A DNA stretch of 64,000 bases from Eledone cirrhosa (GCA_964016885.1 OZ024742.1:350486001-350550000); one strand, 5' to 3'; positions 26,925 to 39,570 are shown, counted from the first letter of the stretch. Numbers and translations: made by a program. The notes: generated by a model not told the origin, from the letters alone.

Positions 26925-29900
26925 ATGGCTAATATAAGGGTTGGATGTGTGAATGTACGCGGCCTGGGGTTGCCCTGGAAACAGGGCAAACTCTTAAAAG
27001 AATTCAGGTCACACAGTATGGATGTAGTAGCCATTTTCGAGTCCAGGATACACAGCGAGCGACAGCTGGCCCCCATCTTCGATAACTTTGAGATCTACGC
27101 ATCTCTCTGTCGGTCGGGGGGAGGGGGGGGGGGGGCGTTTTGCTGCGGAAACACCTGGGCCTCGTAACACTGACGGTACATCTGAACCCGAGGGTCGACT
27201 GGTGGTCCTAGACGTTGATGGTAGTGAAGGTGGAGCCTTCAGGCTGGTCGCCGCATATGCCCCATCCGGGACACCGCGGCCAGACTTCTTCAAACGTTTA
27301 GAGACTTTTCTGGGAACGTCCCGCTCCTTGCTTTTAGCGGGGGACTGGAATGGGATCCTAGATGCACGTTGGGAATATGTGGGAGCATGTCCCGATAAAG
27401 GGGGGTGTAACAGCCTCAAACAGTTAATCGGCCGATTTGATCTGGCCGATAGATAACCACTAGATTTTCTGACTGTGCCAATGTGGACGTGGACTAATCG
27501 TAGGGGAACATCTAGATCGTACCTAGATAGGGCTCTAGTTAGAAATTTAGCAGTATTGGTTATAGATGTTATCGCCACTTTAGCAGGGTGGTAGAATCAG
27601 TGGTCGTTAGTTGCCAGTGTGGTAAGTGATAGTATCCTCGTTGGATTATCTTGTTGACATAGACGTGAGGGAAGGTCCCTCGATCTATTTACCATCTATT
27701 CACAATATTCCTTTCGTCAGGTCGCCAATTCCAGCAGCATGGATTAAAGATGTTATTGAGACACGAGTAACATAATAACGACTTCAACCGCAGTAATTAG
27801 AGATGAAATGTTTGTTTATTTATATGGTTGAAGTTACAGATACAAAGAGGTTACAAAAATGGAATGTGCCATTGCGCCGTTAAGCCGGCGAGGCTAGTGG
27901 TGCAATATCTCACTGTTACATTATGCGTGTTGCTGGCTCGAAGTTTCTGGTACAAGCTAGAGATTCTTCAAATCTTCGCGGGGAATTTCTTCCTCAGGGC
28001 GCGTAGGGATACATCCTCTTCTACTGGCGCTGATTGGCTGAACTGAGCCAAATCACGCACAGAGAATGTATGTGAGCCCGCGGAATGTAGGTCACTACAG
28101 AAATAAGGATAGGGACATGTTAAGCTGTCTACAAATGTTCATGGTTGCATATTCAGATCACAAACTAGTGATCTGTATGGTCAACCTTGATATAACCCAT
28201 AGATAAGGACCCGGCTACTGGAAGCAGAACTTGTCGTTACCGACATGCAAAGCCTACAGTAGACGGATTAGCACTTTAGTTAAACAACACTTCACAGGGG
28301 CCATTGTCAACAACAGATGGTGGTACTCTCTCAAGAGAACAGTTAGATTAAACTCGTTAGTTTTTAGTAAAGAATTAGCGTTAGATAGAAATAGGACAGA
28401 GAAGGAACTGATAAATAAAGTAGAAGAGGCAATTAGAAGTGGCAACGTAGCCCGCGTGCTAGCAACGAGAACGGCCTTGGACCAGTTCTTCGACGCAAAG
28501 CACGAGGGCTGCGTTGTCAGAAGCAAAATACGTGCTCTGGGAAACGAGGAAGCCAAAGCTGTTAGCTGGGCCCGAGTGACGGAGGCAAAAAGTGTCAAGA
28601 AGTCCACGATTCGGTCTTTGAAAGACCAAGACGGACGCGTGATACGTGAGCCGAAACAGATGTGTACGGCCTTTCAGCGGCACTTTCCTCAATTGTGCGG
28701 GCAGGGCGGCGCGCCGGGAGGGGCTATGGATTTCGGTCCATACCTCGACGGCCTACCGCGACTCTCGGACAGCGAGGCGAAGTTTTGCAAAAAGCCGATT
28801 TCAGCCGCTGAGATAAGGGACGCGCTGAGCCAATGCGGCAAACGCAAAACTCCAGGTCTCGACGATCTACCCTACGAATTTTACGTAGCAATGCCGGACT
28901 TATTCTCCGGTCTCCTGGAAGCGGTCTACTGCAACTGGCAGCAGAACGGGAGAATTCACAGTTCTGTGACCGGAGGCGTAGTCACACTAATCATGAAGGA
29001 CGAGAATATAGGGGGATGACATAGGCAACTTTCGGCCCATAACTCTGCTAAACACAGAGTTACATATTTTTGACAAGGTGTTGGCAAAGAGGCTGGCGCT
29101 TGTCGTCGAGAACCTGGTGGGAGAAGCGCAGACATGCACAATTCCGACCAGGTCCATACATGACAACCTCCACCTCATGCGATACATCATAGAGAGGGTA
29201 GGGTGTAAACAGGGCTTCGGTGTGGCCCTGATCAACTTGGATCAGTCTAAGGCTTTTGAAGGGTTGACCATCGTTACCTGGAGGCGGTACTCGAGACGAC
29301 AGGCTTCGGATCTGTGTTCAGGGGCTGGATTGCTGCAATGCACAACAGCAACATCTGCTCAAGGGTCAAGGTGAACGGCTACCTCTCGGAGCCGTTCCAT
29401 ATCACGCGATCCATTCGACAGAGATTCCCTCTCTCATCCCTTCTGTACGTACTGACTCTCGAGCCACTACTGCGGAAGTTGGAGCTATTGCAGGGCATCT
29501 CTCTGGAACCGGGACTGTGGAAAGCGGCGTCGGCCTACGCCGACGACGTGACAGTAATGGTGTCGAGCACCTCGCAAATCGAAGAAGTCAGCACCTTTCT
29601 GAAGGAATACGAAAGGTTCACAGGAGCGAAGCTGAACCGGGACAAGTCCATCGGTTTGCAACTCCGATCGTGAAGAGGCAAACCGATGCCTTCCGATGGC
29701 GTTGTCGGACGCTGGACGGAAGGACTGGTAAAGCTGCTCGGGGTCTGGTTTGGTCCGGACTTCCAGGTGGAGAAGAACTGGAACGAGGTGACGGCCAAGG
29801 TGTTTGCACTCACCCAGAAGTGGGCCGAGTGCAAACTATCCTTGAAAGGTCGAGCCGAGGTGGCGAACAGTTTTATAGCGTCCGCTATCTACTACCGCTT

Positions 29901-30130
29901 GACTGCCGTGCCTTGTCCAGCCGAAACACTCGCCAAAATGGAGCGCGCGCTCTTCCAATTCCTTTGGAGGTGGCGGGCTCCTTTGGTGAGAAGATCCCTC
30001 TGCTGCTAACACCCTTCCAACGGAGGGCTGGGGATGCCGTGGCTGACGATGCGCAAACACGCGCTCATGCTGCGGCATCTCTACGTATTCCTCACCGGAC
30101 CGAGCTGCTGTCCTGGGTCAAGCAAAGACC
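26925..30130 (+). mobile_element. Decayed L1/Tx1-type non-LTR retrotransposon ORF2 (APE endonuclease + RT), frameshifted and 3'-truncated
   Basis: EN motifs NVRGL, YAP, GDWN, WTW, SYLDR, SDHK; RT motifs TPGLDDLPYEFY, NFRPITLLN, LDQSKAF, RQRFPLSSLLY, YADD, KLLGV; several frameshifts and stops. Confidence 0.93.
27547..28099 (-). mobile_element. Solo LTR nested in the L1 endonuclease domain
   Basis: GAAAT duplicated at 27542-27546 and 28100-28104; minus strand starts TGTAGTGAC; AATAAA near 27820; L1 frame (ALVRN|KDRD) resumes after removal; other terminus imperfect. Confidence 0.75.
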
Positions 30131-30798
30131 GAGGACAATGGAAAAAGAGGTTACGTTTCCATATTTTACTACGGGATGTATATTTCTGTCAAATATTTTA
30201 AATGGGTTTACATAGTTATATAACCCTATCATATATACATTCATAATAATGGCCATATATTTCAGAGGCGTTAGACAATTGTTACGTAAGAATATTATAA
30301 GTAGGACGGGATATCCTCAAATAGGACTTTTAAAGTCGGTAGTATGAATAAGCATAACAGACATAAGATGGTGATTGTTCGAAAACGAAGATATTTTGTA
30401 GTAGTACTTGTTCAGTAACATATTAATAGCCCAGAAGTGTTCACTTCCACGGGATCGATCACAACCCTGTCGAGGTGCGACTGATATTTGAAGAGTTTAC
30501 TCTCCTCGGCAGTAAAGCGTGGGTGCAGCAAAGCGTGGGCTAGTTGCAGACTGCACCTGGTTGCCGCTGGAGAATATATCGCTGCATATGGCATCCAGTT
30601 GAGGGGTTAACCACAGTGGACCCAGTAAGATTGCCACGTGTACTGACGTAACTCCTACTTTCCAGTACCTCCTCTTTTACTCTACCTACTGTTCTCAATA
30701 CAAGTTCCTTTCCTCTGCAAATAAACTGTTTTCTATATAATCCTAAGACATCAATAATTAATTACTGCCAAAAAAAATTAACTTCATTATTGTGAATA

Positions 30799-30988
30799 GG
30801 GCGGTGGATTGGCAGTATCGGTAGAGAGTCGGACGCCATGCTTTCAGCATAGTTACGTCCCTCTACGGTCTGAGTTCAAATCCTGCCGAGGTTCACTTTG
30901 CCTTTCATCCTTACGGGGTCGATAAAATAAAGTACCAGTAATGCACTGGGTAATCGCTGGTCTTGTGCCAAAAGTAGAAACAATTATT
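30799..30988 (+). mobile_element. SINE, full length, with TSD
   Basis: Family consensus; ATTATTGTGAATA on both flanks. Confidence 0.93.
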
Positions 30989-32189
30989 GTGAATACCAAA
31001 GACTATCCTATCATACAGACTCGCAGATATACCTAATTAAATACCGGAATAAAATTATGTAAATTTCTTGAATATTGTATTCACCATCTACAATTCTTAT
31101 ATCTTCTTTGAGGCGGGAGGTTCTTTAGATAATATTGGATATATACATCAAAATCCTAAATAATCATACACATACACACTTGACAAACGTTGCAGATTTA
31201 TATACAAAAATATAACTAACAAACATTGCAATTATATATACACACATAAATAACGTTGAAATTATACATACACACATAAATAACGTTGAAATTATACACA
31301 CATAAATAATGTTGCAGCTTTATGCACACACACATATATAACGTTGCAGCTTTATGCACACATACATACCTAATATATGTGGTAATTAAATACACAATCG
31401 TTTACTATAACTTCCACGACACCACATATTATATTAAATTATTTTCTGCTTACGTCAGAAGGAATTACTTGCGTGGTAGTGCAAACAAATAAAAGAAAGC
31501 CTGTTACAGACTTTATGGTCAATAACTAATCTAATGATATTCGAGTGTAATTAAATAATTAATTAGACTTGTTCACCTTGTTCATTTCGATGTAATTATT
31601 TTACAAACAAATACTATATTTATCCCAATTCGAAGACATCAGTTTGGCTTCTGGGAACGCATATCGCATTATGAAAACGTAGAGAAGATAGTTTATATTC
31701 ATCACACACTAGCTAACGTTCGTGACTCTTTGCTAAAACGAAGACTTCCTACTATGGTATCTCTGTAACCATTGAAGTTTAACGGCTAAAGATATTGAGG
31801 AATGCTTGAATATGTCGTGACGAATTAGCTGTTTAAATTCTATCAGCAAATATACAGCTTCCGCAAGAACTCGAAAGATTCATATTAAAAGTAGTTGTAT
31901 TGGCCTTGCTTTATTCAACTATTAGTTATATGCTGTTATATATCCCATTAGGCTTTTCATTCTGATAAAGCGATAAGTATCACGTTTAACACATTCAACG
32001 TCTATGTTCGTTTGAAATTAAAAACAAATAAAGAAAATAGTCTCTGGGAACGAAATAATGTTATATATAAATTGTCGTTGCTTTGTAATAACGTTTCCTA
32101 TATTATCACTTCCGACATTTTTTACTATCTATATAGTATCTAGCTTTCTACAATTGTTAGTTCATTTAAATAGAAAGGTTTTCACCATC

Positions 32190-32551
32190 AGTTTCTATCA
32201 GTGAAGGGTTTAGGGTTAGTACATTGCCCGACCTACCGAAGAATGCATGGTTTCTATATTTCTTATACTGCGACCTGTGCTGTTCTGTATAATAACTCAG
32301 GGTACGTGTGTGTGACAGCCCACACCTATGCAGGTTCAGCTGGCCTCCACCAAGGTATATCTCATTGGGGTGTCTTGAGTTATTTAATGACAGGGACCTC
32401 AGTCCTATCATCTCATTTCTACAGCTGAGTAAACTGGAGCAACGTGAAATAAAGTGGCTTGCACAAGGAAACAACACATCACCCGGTCCAAGAATCGAAC
32501 TCACAACCTTTCGATTGCAAGCCCAATGCTCTAACCACTAAGCCATGCACC
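32190..32551 (-). mobile_element. tRNA-derived SINE, second family (CORE-like)
   Basis: Head GGTGCATGGCTTAGTGGTTAGAGC...GAGTTCGATTC then TTCCTTGTGCAAGCCACTTTATTTCACGTTGCTCCAG; 3' limit approximate. Confidence 0.8.
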
Positions 32552-33039
32552 TTCACTATAACTCATTCCATACTGAGAGGTATATAATATCATAACGCAG
32601 AAGAACTCCCATTTGTAATAGCATTGTATAAATGTGTTTGTTTATAGTGGTGTGTAAAAATATAACGTTTATTTTCGACAGTGGTGAACACTTAAGGTGA
32701 TCAAGGTGGGTCATTAGGAAACAATTGTTTCTACTAGGACCCCCTGCAAGGAGTGTCGGGGACGTCCTGCAACCAAGGCCATCACAAGAAGAAGAAGAAG
32801 AAGAAGAAGAAGAAGAAGAAGAAGAAGAAGAAGAAGGAAAGAAAGGAGGATAAGAAAGAGAAAGACCTGGTATTTTTACGTGTAGTGAATACGTTACATG
32901 GAGTTGGACGTCATGTGAAATATACATAAATTAATTAATTAACATTTGCTTTAGTAACTTTCTCCTCTCTTCATTATTTACATGAATAGGATTGATATGC
33001 ACACTCAGGAAGTAGTATCACGACTAACAGGGCTAAGAT

Positions 33040-33755
33040 CAGTCGCCTAGAATTTGCAGACGACGGAAGGTGATATCCGACTTGTACTTTTTATATTTAA
33101 TGCCGAGTACTGCATGACTGGAGTTGAAATCAGTGTAGCGAAAATTGAGAAAATGAGAAAATGATCCTTTAAAGGAAGCCTGCGCAATGCACTACAGAAG
33201 CAGGTGGAGAAGTTCAAGTATCTCGGGAACATGGAGGAAGGCAGGATGCTGAATTAAGTATAGGAGCCGGTGCTGTAATGTGAAAGCTTCAGCATTCGGT
33301 ATTCAGAAGATGGGGGTAATAACCGAAAGTATAGGAGTTCCAAATGAAGCAGCCGAAATGCGGTTCCTCTGAAAGGTTTCAGGAGTAACGTTACTCGATA
33401 AATTGCGTAGCTCAGAGATCAGAGAGTCACTTCAGGTAGAGCCGATACTTCTCCGAATTGAGAGATCACAACTCCGATACTATGGGGATATGGTTAGAGT
33501 GTCTCGTGAAAGAATAGCTGGACATTTTTTACGGGCAAAACCAGCCGGCAGGAGACCCAGGGGAAGCCCACCGAGCAAGGTGGTTGGATAACATACATGA
33601 GCTTCGTTGGTCTCGCTTGAAGATCCAGCCGGATCAATTAGAGACGGTTGGTTCTGACAGGACGCGCTGGAAAGAGTGTTTGAGGACTCTGCGCCAACGA
33701 ACCTCTCGGGTATAAGTGGGTGAAGAAAAAAAAGAAGACGAACAGGAAGAAAAAG
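33040..33755 (+). mobile_element. RTE-clade LINE 3' portion, decayed
   Basis: QVEKFKYLG and RSSEIRESLQVEPILLRIERSQLRYYG...GRRPRG are typical RTE C-terminal motifs; GAA-rich tail. Confidence 0.85.
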
Positions 33756-34065
33756 AAATGTTTCCCGTATTTCATCATTTATTTTCTTAATATAATTCTT
33801 CTTTCAATATTTGTTTCATACATTTGTAACTGCATTAGTGACTGAAATGGATAAATAGAAAGTTGGGCGATATAAGACGACACATTGAATATGTGAGATT
33901 CTCATTGGAGACGAAATAGTAACTAAAGTCTTATATCTCTTCCAGAGTATCACATTTACTTCAGCTAAAACAGAAACCTGTTCTTGAACGCAAGGAATCT
34001 ATTGTCAGATTTCCCATAAACTAACAGACGAGGAGAAAGCCTGACTTGCTACTCTCTCTCACAGT

Positions 34066-34158
<93 letters not shown>

Positions 34159-34797
34159 ACACACACACACATACACACAGACACAGACACAAACACGCAC
34201 ATACAAACACAGACACCGACACGCACTCACACACATATGTATATACACGTAGTATGTGGATGTATGTGGATGTATGTGCATGAAAGCATCCATATGTATA
34301 TCTATACGGACGAATGTGTATGCGCATGTTGCTACTGTGTGCGCGTTTCATTAAAAGGGTATGTGTGTATGTAGTATGTACGTATGTATCTATATGTATG
34401 TATGAATGTCTGTGTGTGAATGCATGTATGTATATATGTATCTATGTATGTTTGTATGTATGTATATATATGTATGTATATATGTATATGTAGATCTGTT
34501 GTATGATATTGCAGTAGGATTAAATGTAAGTTTTCTGTAGCATCTAATCTGGCTAAATCCTACAAAGAGAACTTCATCTACTCATGTATATTAACAAAAT
34601 CTATACAGACCCGTGCACACACACACACACACGTGCACACACATACACACACACACACACACAAACATCTATATATATAACGATCAAAAACTAAGACAGA
34701 AGAGAAATCCGCTGTTAAACACGTATGTAATAAGAAATATTCATATACAAGCAAATCACTTTTACCACACTTAATCATATTTTCATAGCTACCACTA

Positions 34798-34862
<65 letters not shown>

Positions 34863-34881
34863 AATATATATATATCCACTA

Positions 34882-34930
<49 letters not shown>

Positions 34931-34943
34931 AATATATATAGAT

Positions 34944-35033
34944 TCCTCGACTACGTAGTTTCGTGGCATAAACAAAAACAATACATCACAAAGATATAGA
35001 GTCCATGCGAGGTCTGCCGACTTATCAAGAGGA
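34944..35033 (-). ncRNA. Type I hammerhead ribozyme motif, U3-A8 core, palindromic helix III
   Basis: Minus strand: TCCTC TTGATAA GT-C-GGCA...TGCC-AC GAAA CTACGTAG TC GAGGA. Confidence 0.78.
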
Positions 35034-35362
35034 TACCTCATTTTACTAGTCTCAAGAACGCGTCTACACGACGTGAGAAAGAATCCCAAAAGGCGGAGGG
35101 GGAGATAGTCACGCGATATTACGGTCGAGAAACAGAGCTAAGCCTCTCATAACCCCGAAGAAAATACCACGGAGGCGGAGGGGGTATTTATATCGAAGCC
35201 GTAGAAGAGGTGGTGAAGGAGGAGAGAAGTATGAGTAATGGAAGCTTTCCAGCAGTCCCCACACTTCAAAGATTGCTCGCCCAGAGGGAGTTATTAACAA
35301 TATATTTAGAAACACACAGATACATGCGGACACACACACATACATGAATATATATATATATA

Positions 35363-35801
35363 TAAAATAAAATAAATAAGTCAAATGTTTAAAATTCGGC
35401 TTCGATAATTACTGCTATATATATTTCGGTGACAGCCATCTTTGGCTGTGACCTCTTCAGGCAGTCCGAATTAGTGTGGTAGAGACGAGTACACATGTTG
35501 CTGAGGTGTTTAACTTTATCAATACTCTGATATGCCCAGTTCCTGGTTGGGTTGTTATTTCACTGGCTGGGTTGTTATTTCATAGGATTCCAGTTCCTCA
35601 GTGAAATAACAACCCAACCAGGAACTGGGCATATCAGAGTATTGACAAAGTTAAACACCTCAACAACATGTGTACTCGTCTCTACCACACTAATTCGGAC
35701 TGCCTGAAGTTGTCACAGCCAAATATGGCTGTCACCTAAATATATATAGCAGTAATAAACAAAGCCAAATTTTAAACATTTGACTTATTTATTTTATTTT
35801 A
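35363..35801. repeat. Fold-back element, ~203-bp inverted arms with 33-bp spacer (PLE inverted-pLTR-like)
   Basis: 35363-35565 is the near-perfect reverse complement of 35599-35801. Confidence 0.92.
35411..35465 (-). ncRNA. Minimal type I hammerhead ribozyme motif
   Basis: Minus strand: ACTGC CTGAAGA GGT-C-ACAGCCA-AAGA-TGGCTGT-C-ACC GAAA TATATA TA GCAGT. Confidence 0.85.
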
Positions 35802-35895
35802 CATTACTCCGGAGTAACCAAACCAACCTGCGCACTTCGTCGAGTGCTCCAATCTGCTTACTGAGGTGTTGGTATACAACCAACATATACTCAAC

Positions 35896-35940
<45 letters not shown>

Positions 35941-35945
<5 letters not shown>

Positions 35946-36147
35946 CGAAGTAAGTGTGGTAAGGAACCAGGTGGACCATAACGCACCAGAGTACTCGATA
36001 CTTTGGGTAGTAGAGTGAGTAATAAGAAAAGAGTCAGAACCCCAACGGAAGAGCTCAAGCTGTTTCGACAGCTATTTCTGGATTCTATGTCCAGAAATAG
36101 CTGTCGAAACGGATTGAGCTCTGCCGTCGGGATTCTGACTCTTTTCC

Positions 36148-36150
<3 letters not shown>
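35941..36150 (-). mobile_element. (TA)n-inserted asymmetric hairpin element
   Basis: TATAACGAAG..TGTGGTAAGGAACC tail plus ~60-bp palindrome ending TTCCTATA. Confidence 0.85.
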
Positions 36151-36196
<46 letters not shown>

Positions 36197-36213
36197 GGAG
36201 AGAGGGGGGGTGA

Positions 36214-36285
<72 letters not shown>

Positions 36286-36393
36286 AGTGTATAGTCAGGA
36301 TTTTACACTTCTCTATACACACTCTCCATCTCCCCATGTATCGAGTACTGACATAATGAGTAGTTTCCTCGGTCTCAGCACCGCAGACTCTCC

Positions 36394-36537
<144 letters not shown>

Positions 36538-36838
36538 TATATACCAATTCAGGTGTGAAACATTTCATTCAATCAATATAGACACGACGCACACACGAAC
36601 ACAAACATAATCATATAGATACAAACGCCAATATAGACTACATACCCATACACTAATACAACAATACTCATATACATACATACGTTAAAATGTATATCTA
36701 CATATAATATAATCAACACGCACATTAATACAAGAATACTCATATACATACATACGCTAAAATGAATACCTACATAAAATGTATACATACAAATACATAC
36801 AACATTACAATAATACTCATATATGTATATATATATAT

Positions 36839-37037
36839 ATAGGAAAAAGTATGACCCCGACGGCAGAGCTCAAGCCGTTTCGACGGCTATTTCTAGACTC
36901 CAGAAATAGCCGTCGAAACGGCTTGAGCTCTGCCGTCGGGGTCATACTTATTCCTATTTCCCACTCTACTACCCTAAGTATTGAGTATTCTGGCGCGTTA
37001 TGGTCCATCTGGTTCCTTACCACAATTCCCTTGTTAT
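36839..37037 (+). mobile_element. (TA)n-inserted asymmetric hairpin element
   Basis: Same family, opposite orientation; palindrome centred near 36899. Confidence 0.85.
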
Positions 37038-37230
37038 ATATATATATATATATATATAACTAAAAGTTAAACAAGGTTCATTGATTAATCAATGAATATA
37101 GTTTTACAATAGATTTGAAGCACTCAACAGGAAACGTTTTCTGGAGTTATTAATATTAATTCAAAATATTAATACTGCCAAGACTGGAATTGAACCACTA
37201 GCACAGTTGAGGTATGTCATACATTAATTT

Positions 37231-37302
37231 ATATATTTTATTTGATGAGGACGTACTGAGGAAACAGCACAGTACCTCCGAAATATATATAATAAAATAT
37301 AT
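37231..37302 (+). ncRNA. Type I hammerhead ribozyme motif (U3-G8)
   Basis: ATATATTTTAT TTGATGA GGA-C-GTACTG-loop-CAGTAC-C-TCC GAAA TATATA TA ATAAAATATAT; 11-bp helix I. Confidence 0.75.
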
Positions 37303-37340
37303 TTGATTACATGAATGTCTATATTTATTAATATTTTGAA

Positions 37341-37397
<57 letters not shown>

Positions 37398-38449
37398 GCT
37401 AAAGGGGATACCTACATAAAAAAAAAAAAAAACATAAACAATCGTTAGGAAGACATAGTTCTAATGTAGATATGTGTTATAGTACATGTATGTTTAAAAC
37501 ATTCATCTAGAGCAGCTCAATCAGACACAGAAATATGTGATTAATAAACACACATATATACTTATAGAAACACACGCAAACATTTAGTGCCGCAAGGCAC
37601 ACAGCCTTACAAAATATTTCGAACATTCACACACTCACACGCACACAACCACAAACAAACACACACACTCATACACCTATACACACACACGCGCATATAC
37701 ACACACACACTCACATGCGTATATAAATATGAAATACATGCCAATCTGTTAAAAACTAGTTTACGGGAGAATATATAATTTCTTATATATGTATGTATGC
37801 ATGTATGTATGTGGCAACCCACCAAGGTTTCTTGGTGAGGAGGGTGACTTTGGACATCCTGCAGGACTAAAAACAAAACCTGTCAAAGGGCAAAGGAGCT
37901 CTTAAGAGTCAATGGCCATCCAAAATCACCGGGAGAGATGACCCCTTAGCCTTTGTCAAGGCAGAATTCTAGGAGAAGGCAAAATCTGATATAACACCTG
38001 CAACTCTGATGGTATCCAATGATGTTGACTTGTTCTTCTTTTTGGTAAATATCATCTTGGTTAAGAGAGTGGGACTAGCTTTGTGCAGTGCCTTTTCTCA
38101 CTATAAAAGCTTCACGGCACATGCATTGCTTTATATCTGGACATCTCTCTGCACTTGTCGTCACATGGTACCATGGACCCAGCACTATGTGTCAATAATT
38201 GTCACAAGAGATGGCTGGTTTAAGTTAACAAGCGATGCAACAACACACAACACACGCACACACACACGCGCAAACGAGACAACTACGCACACACACGCAC
38301 ACACACACAGTAGCATTCCACCATACGAACATACTACACTGCCAATACAGAGGAACAAGGCAACAACACACGCACACACACACACACACTCAAGCGAGTC
38401 AACAACACACGCACGCACACACACAGTAACATTTAACAAACAGGCAGCG

Positions 38450-38932
38450 ATTGAACTGACAGCTAGCGCCATCCCACTCCCTCATTCGGCCGCTGACCTC
38501 TGTACGACCGACCCCATTGCACGCGCTCACGCGCTCTGCCGATTACCTCAGATATTCAAAACAACAAACAGCGAAGGACGCGTTGCGGACTTGTCCGACA
38601 GACAACCTTTTCCCCCACCCCGGAAAAAACCCCAGTTGATGGATGTGAATCCGAAATATATAGGGAATATTAAATCTCTCCCAAGGTAACTCTCTCTTGT
38701 GTTGTTATTTTTATTTCATCCTTTATACTCTTCCCTTCATTCTACACATCTCACACATCTTATACACACCACGCATCTCAACGTACACCCACTTACATCT
38801 CTCTCTCCACCACCGGACCTTGTTACCCGGAGATTTACCCATTTGCATTGTCGAGGCTTTCAAACGACTTAAAGATATTTACTTATTGTTCTACAATGCT
38901 TCAAGCAAACTTCAATACTCTCATATATATAT
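38450..38932 (+). repeat. Dispersed ~480-bp repeat (pLTR-like) ending in (TA)n; second copy at 60555-61000 minus
   Basis: Shared blocks CCCCAGTTGATGGATG, TAAATCTCTCCCAAGGTAACTCT, TGTTACCCGGAGATTTACCCA, GCAAACTTCAATACTCTCATATA. Confidence 0.85.
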
Positions 38933-39101
38933 ATTATAGTTGAGGCAGTAAACAAAAAACAAAAAAACAACAACGTGGAAGCGAAAAGGCAGTACAAATG
39001 TTAATAGTAGTTTGACACTTGAGAGTGGGGGGGGGGGGGCAGTATATATATATATATATATATATATAAACAAATAGTAAAAAGGAATAAAAAAATGTAG
39101 A

Positions 39102-39562
39102 AAAGGGAGATAAGCTCTGAGGAATACCAAGAGTATAAAACAGAGATCTCTCAGCTTATCTCCCTTTGATAAGTCACTACTTTAAAACAATTCAATAGCG
39201 TAAGGTCTTCAAAATGCTTTAATTAAGCACACAGTGTATTACCAAATACACTATATATACATTCATATATACATCGCTATTTCAGAGCACCAATTCTAAT
39301 TTTCAATTTTTGCTGCACCGGCAACCGCCCTGTATAATCAGTTCCTGATTATTACTGGAATTCTATATGAATCCAACATTCATCATTTTCAACAAACAAG
39401 GGGAGTGCTAAACTGTGAGGAATACCAACAGTATGAAACAGAGATCTGTCAGCTTATCTCCCTTTGTTTGTTGAAAAAAGAAGTGACTTAGTCACTACTT
39501 TAAAACAATAGCGTAAGGTCTTCAAAATGCTTTTAATTAAGCATACAGTGTATTACCAAATA

Positions 39563-39570
<8 letters not shown>
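39102..39570 (+). ncRNA. Tandem direct repeat (298-bp period) with a hammerhead motif in each copy
   Basis: Copy 1: AAAGGGAGATAAGCT CTGAGGA ATAC-CAAGA-GTAT AAAA CAG-AGAT-CTC TC AGCTTATCTCCCTTT. Copy 2: TAAACT GTGAGGA ATAC-CAACA-GTAT GAAA CAG-AGAT-CTG TC AGCTTATCTCCC. Confidence 0.75.

Noticed and set aside
30412-30660. Possible exon in a GC-richer island
   Set aside because: No start codon or splice-site pair with a recognisable domain in the frames examined
32480-32551. tRNA gene
   Set aside because: A and B boxes are present, but the anticodon and acceptor stems do not pair and the sequence runs into a SINE body
38009-38689. 226-aa ORF
   Set aside because: Crosses CA-rich low-complexity sequence and a dispersed repeat; no protein motif
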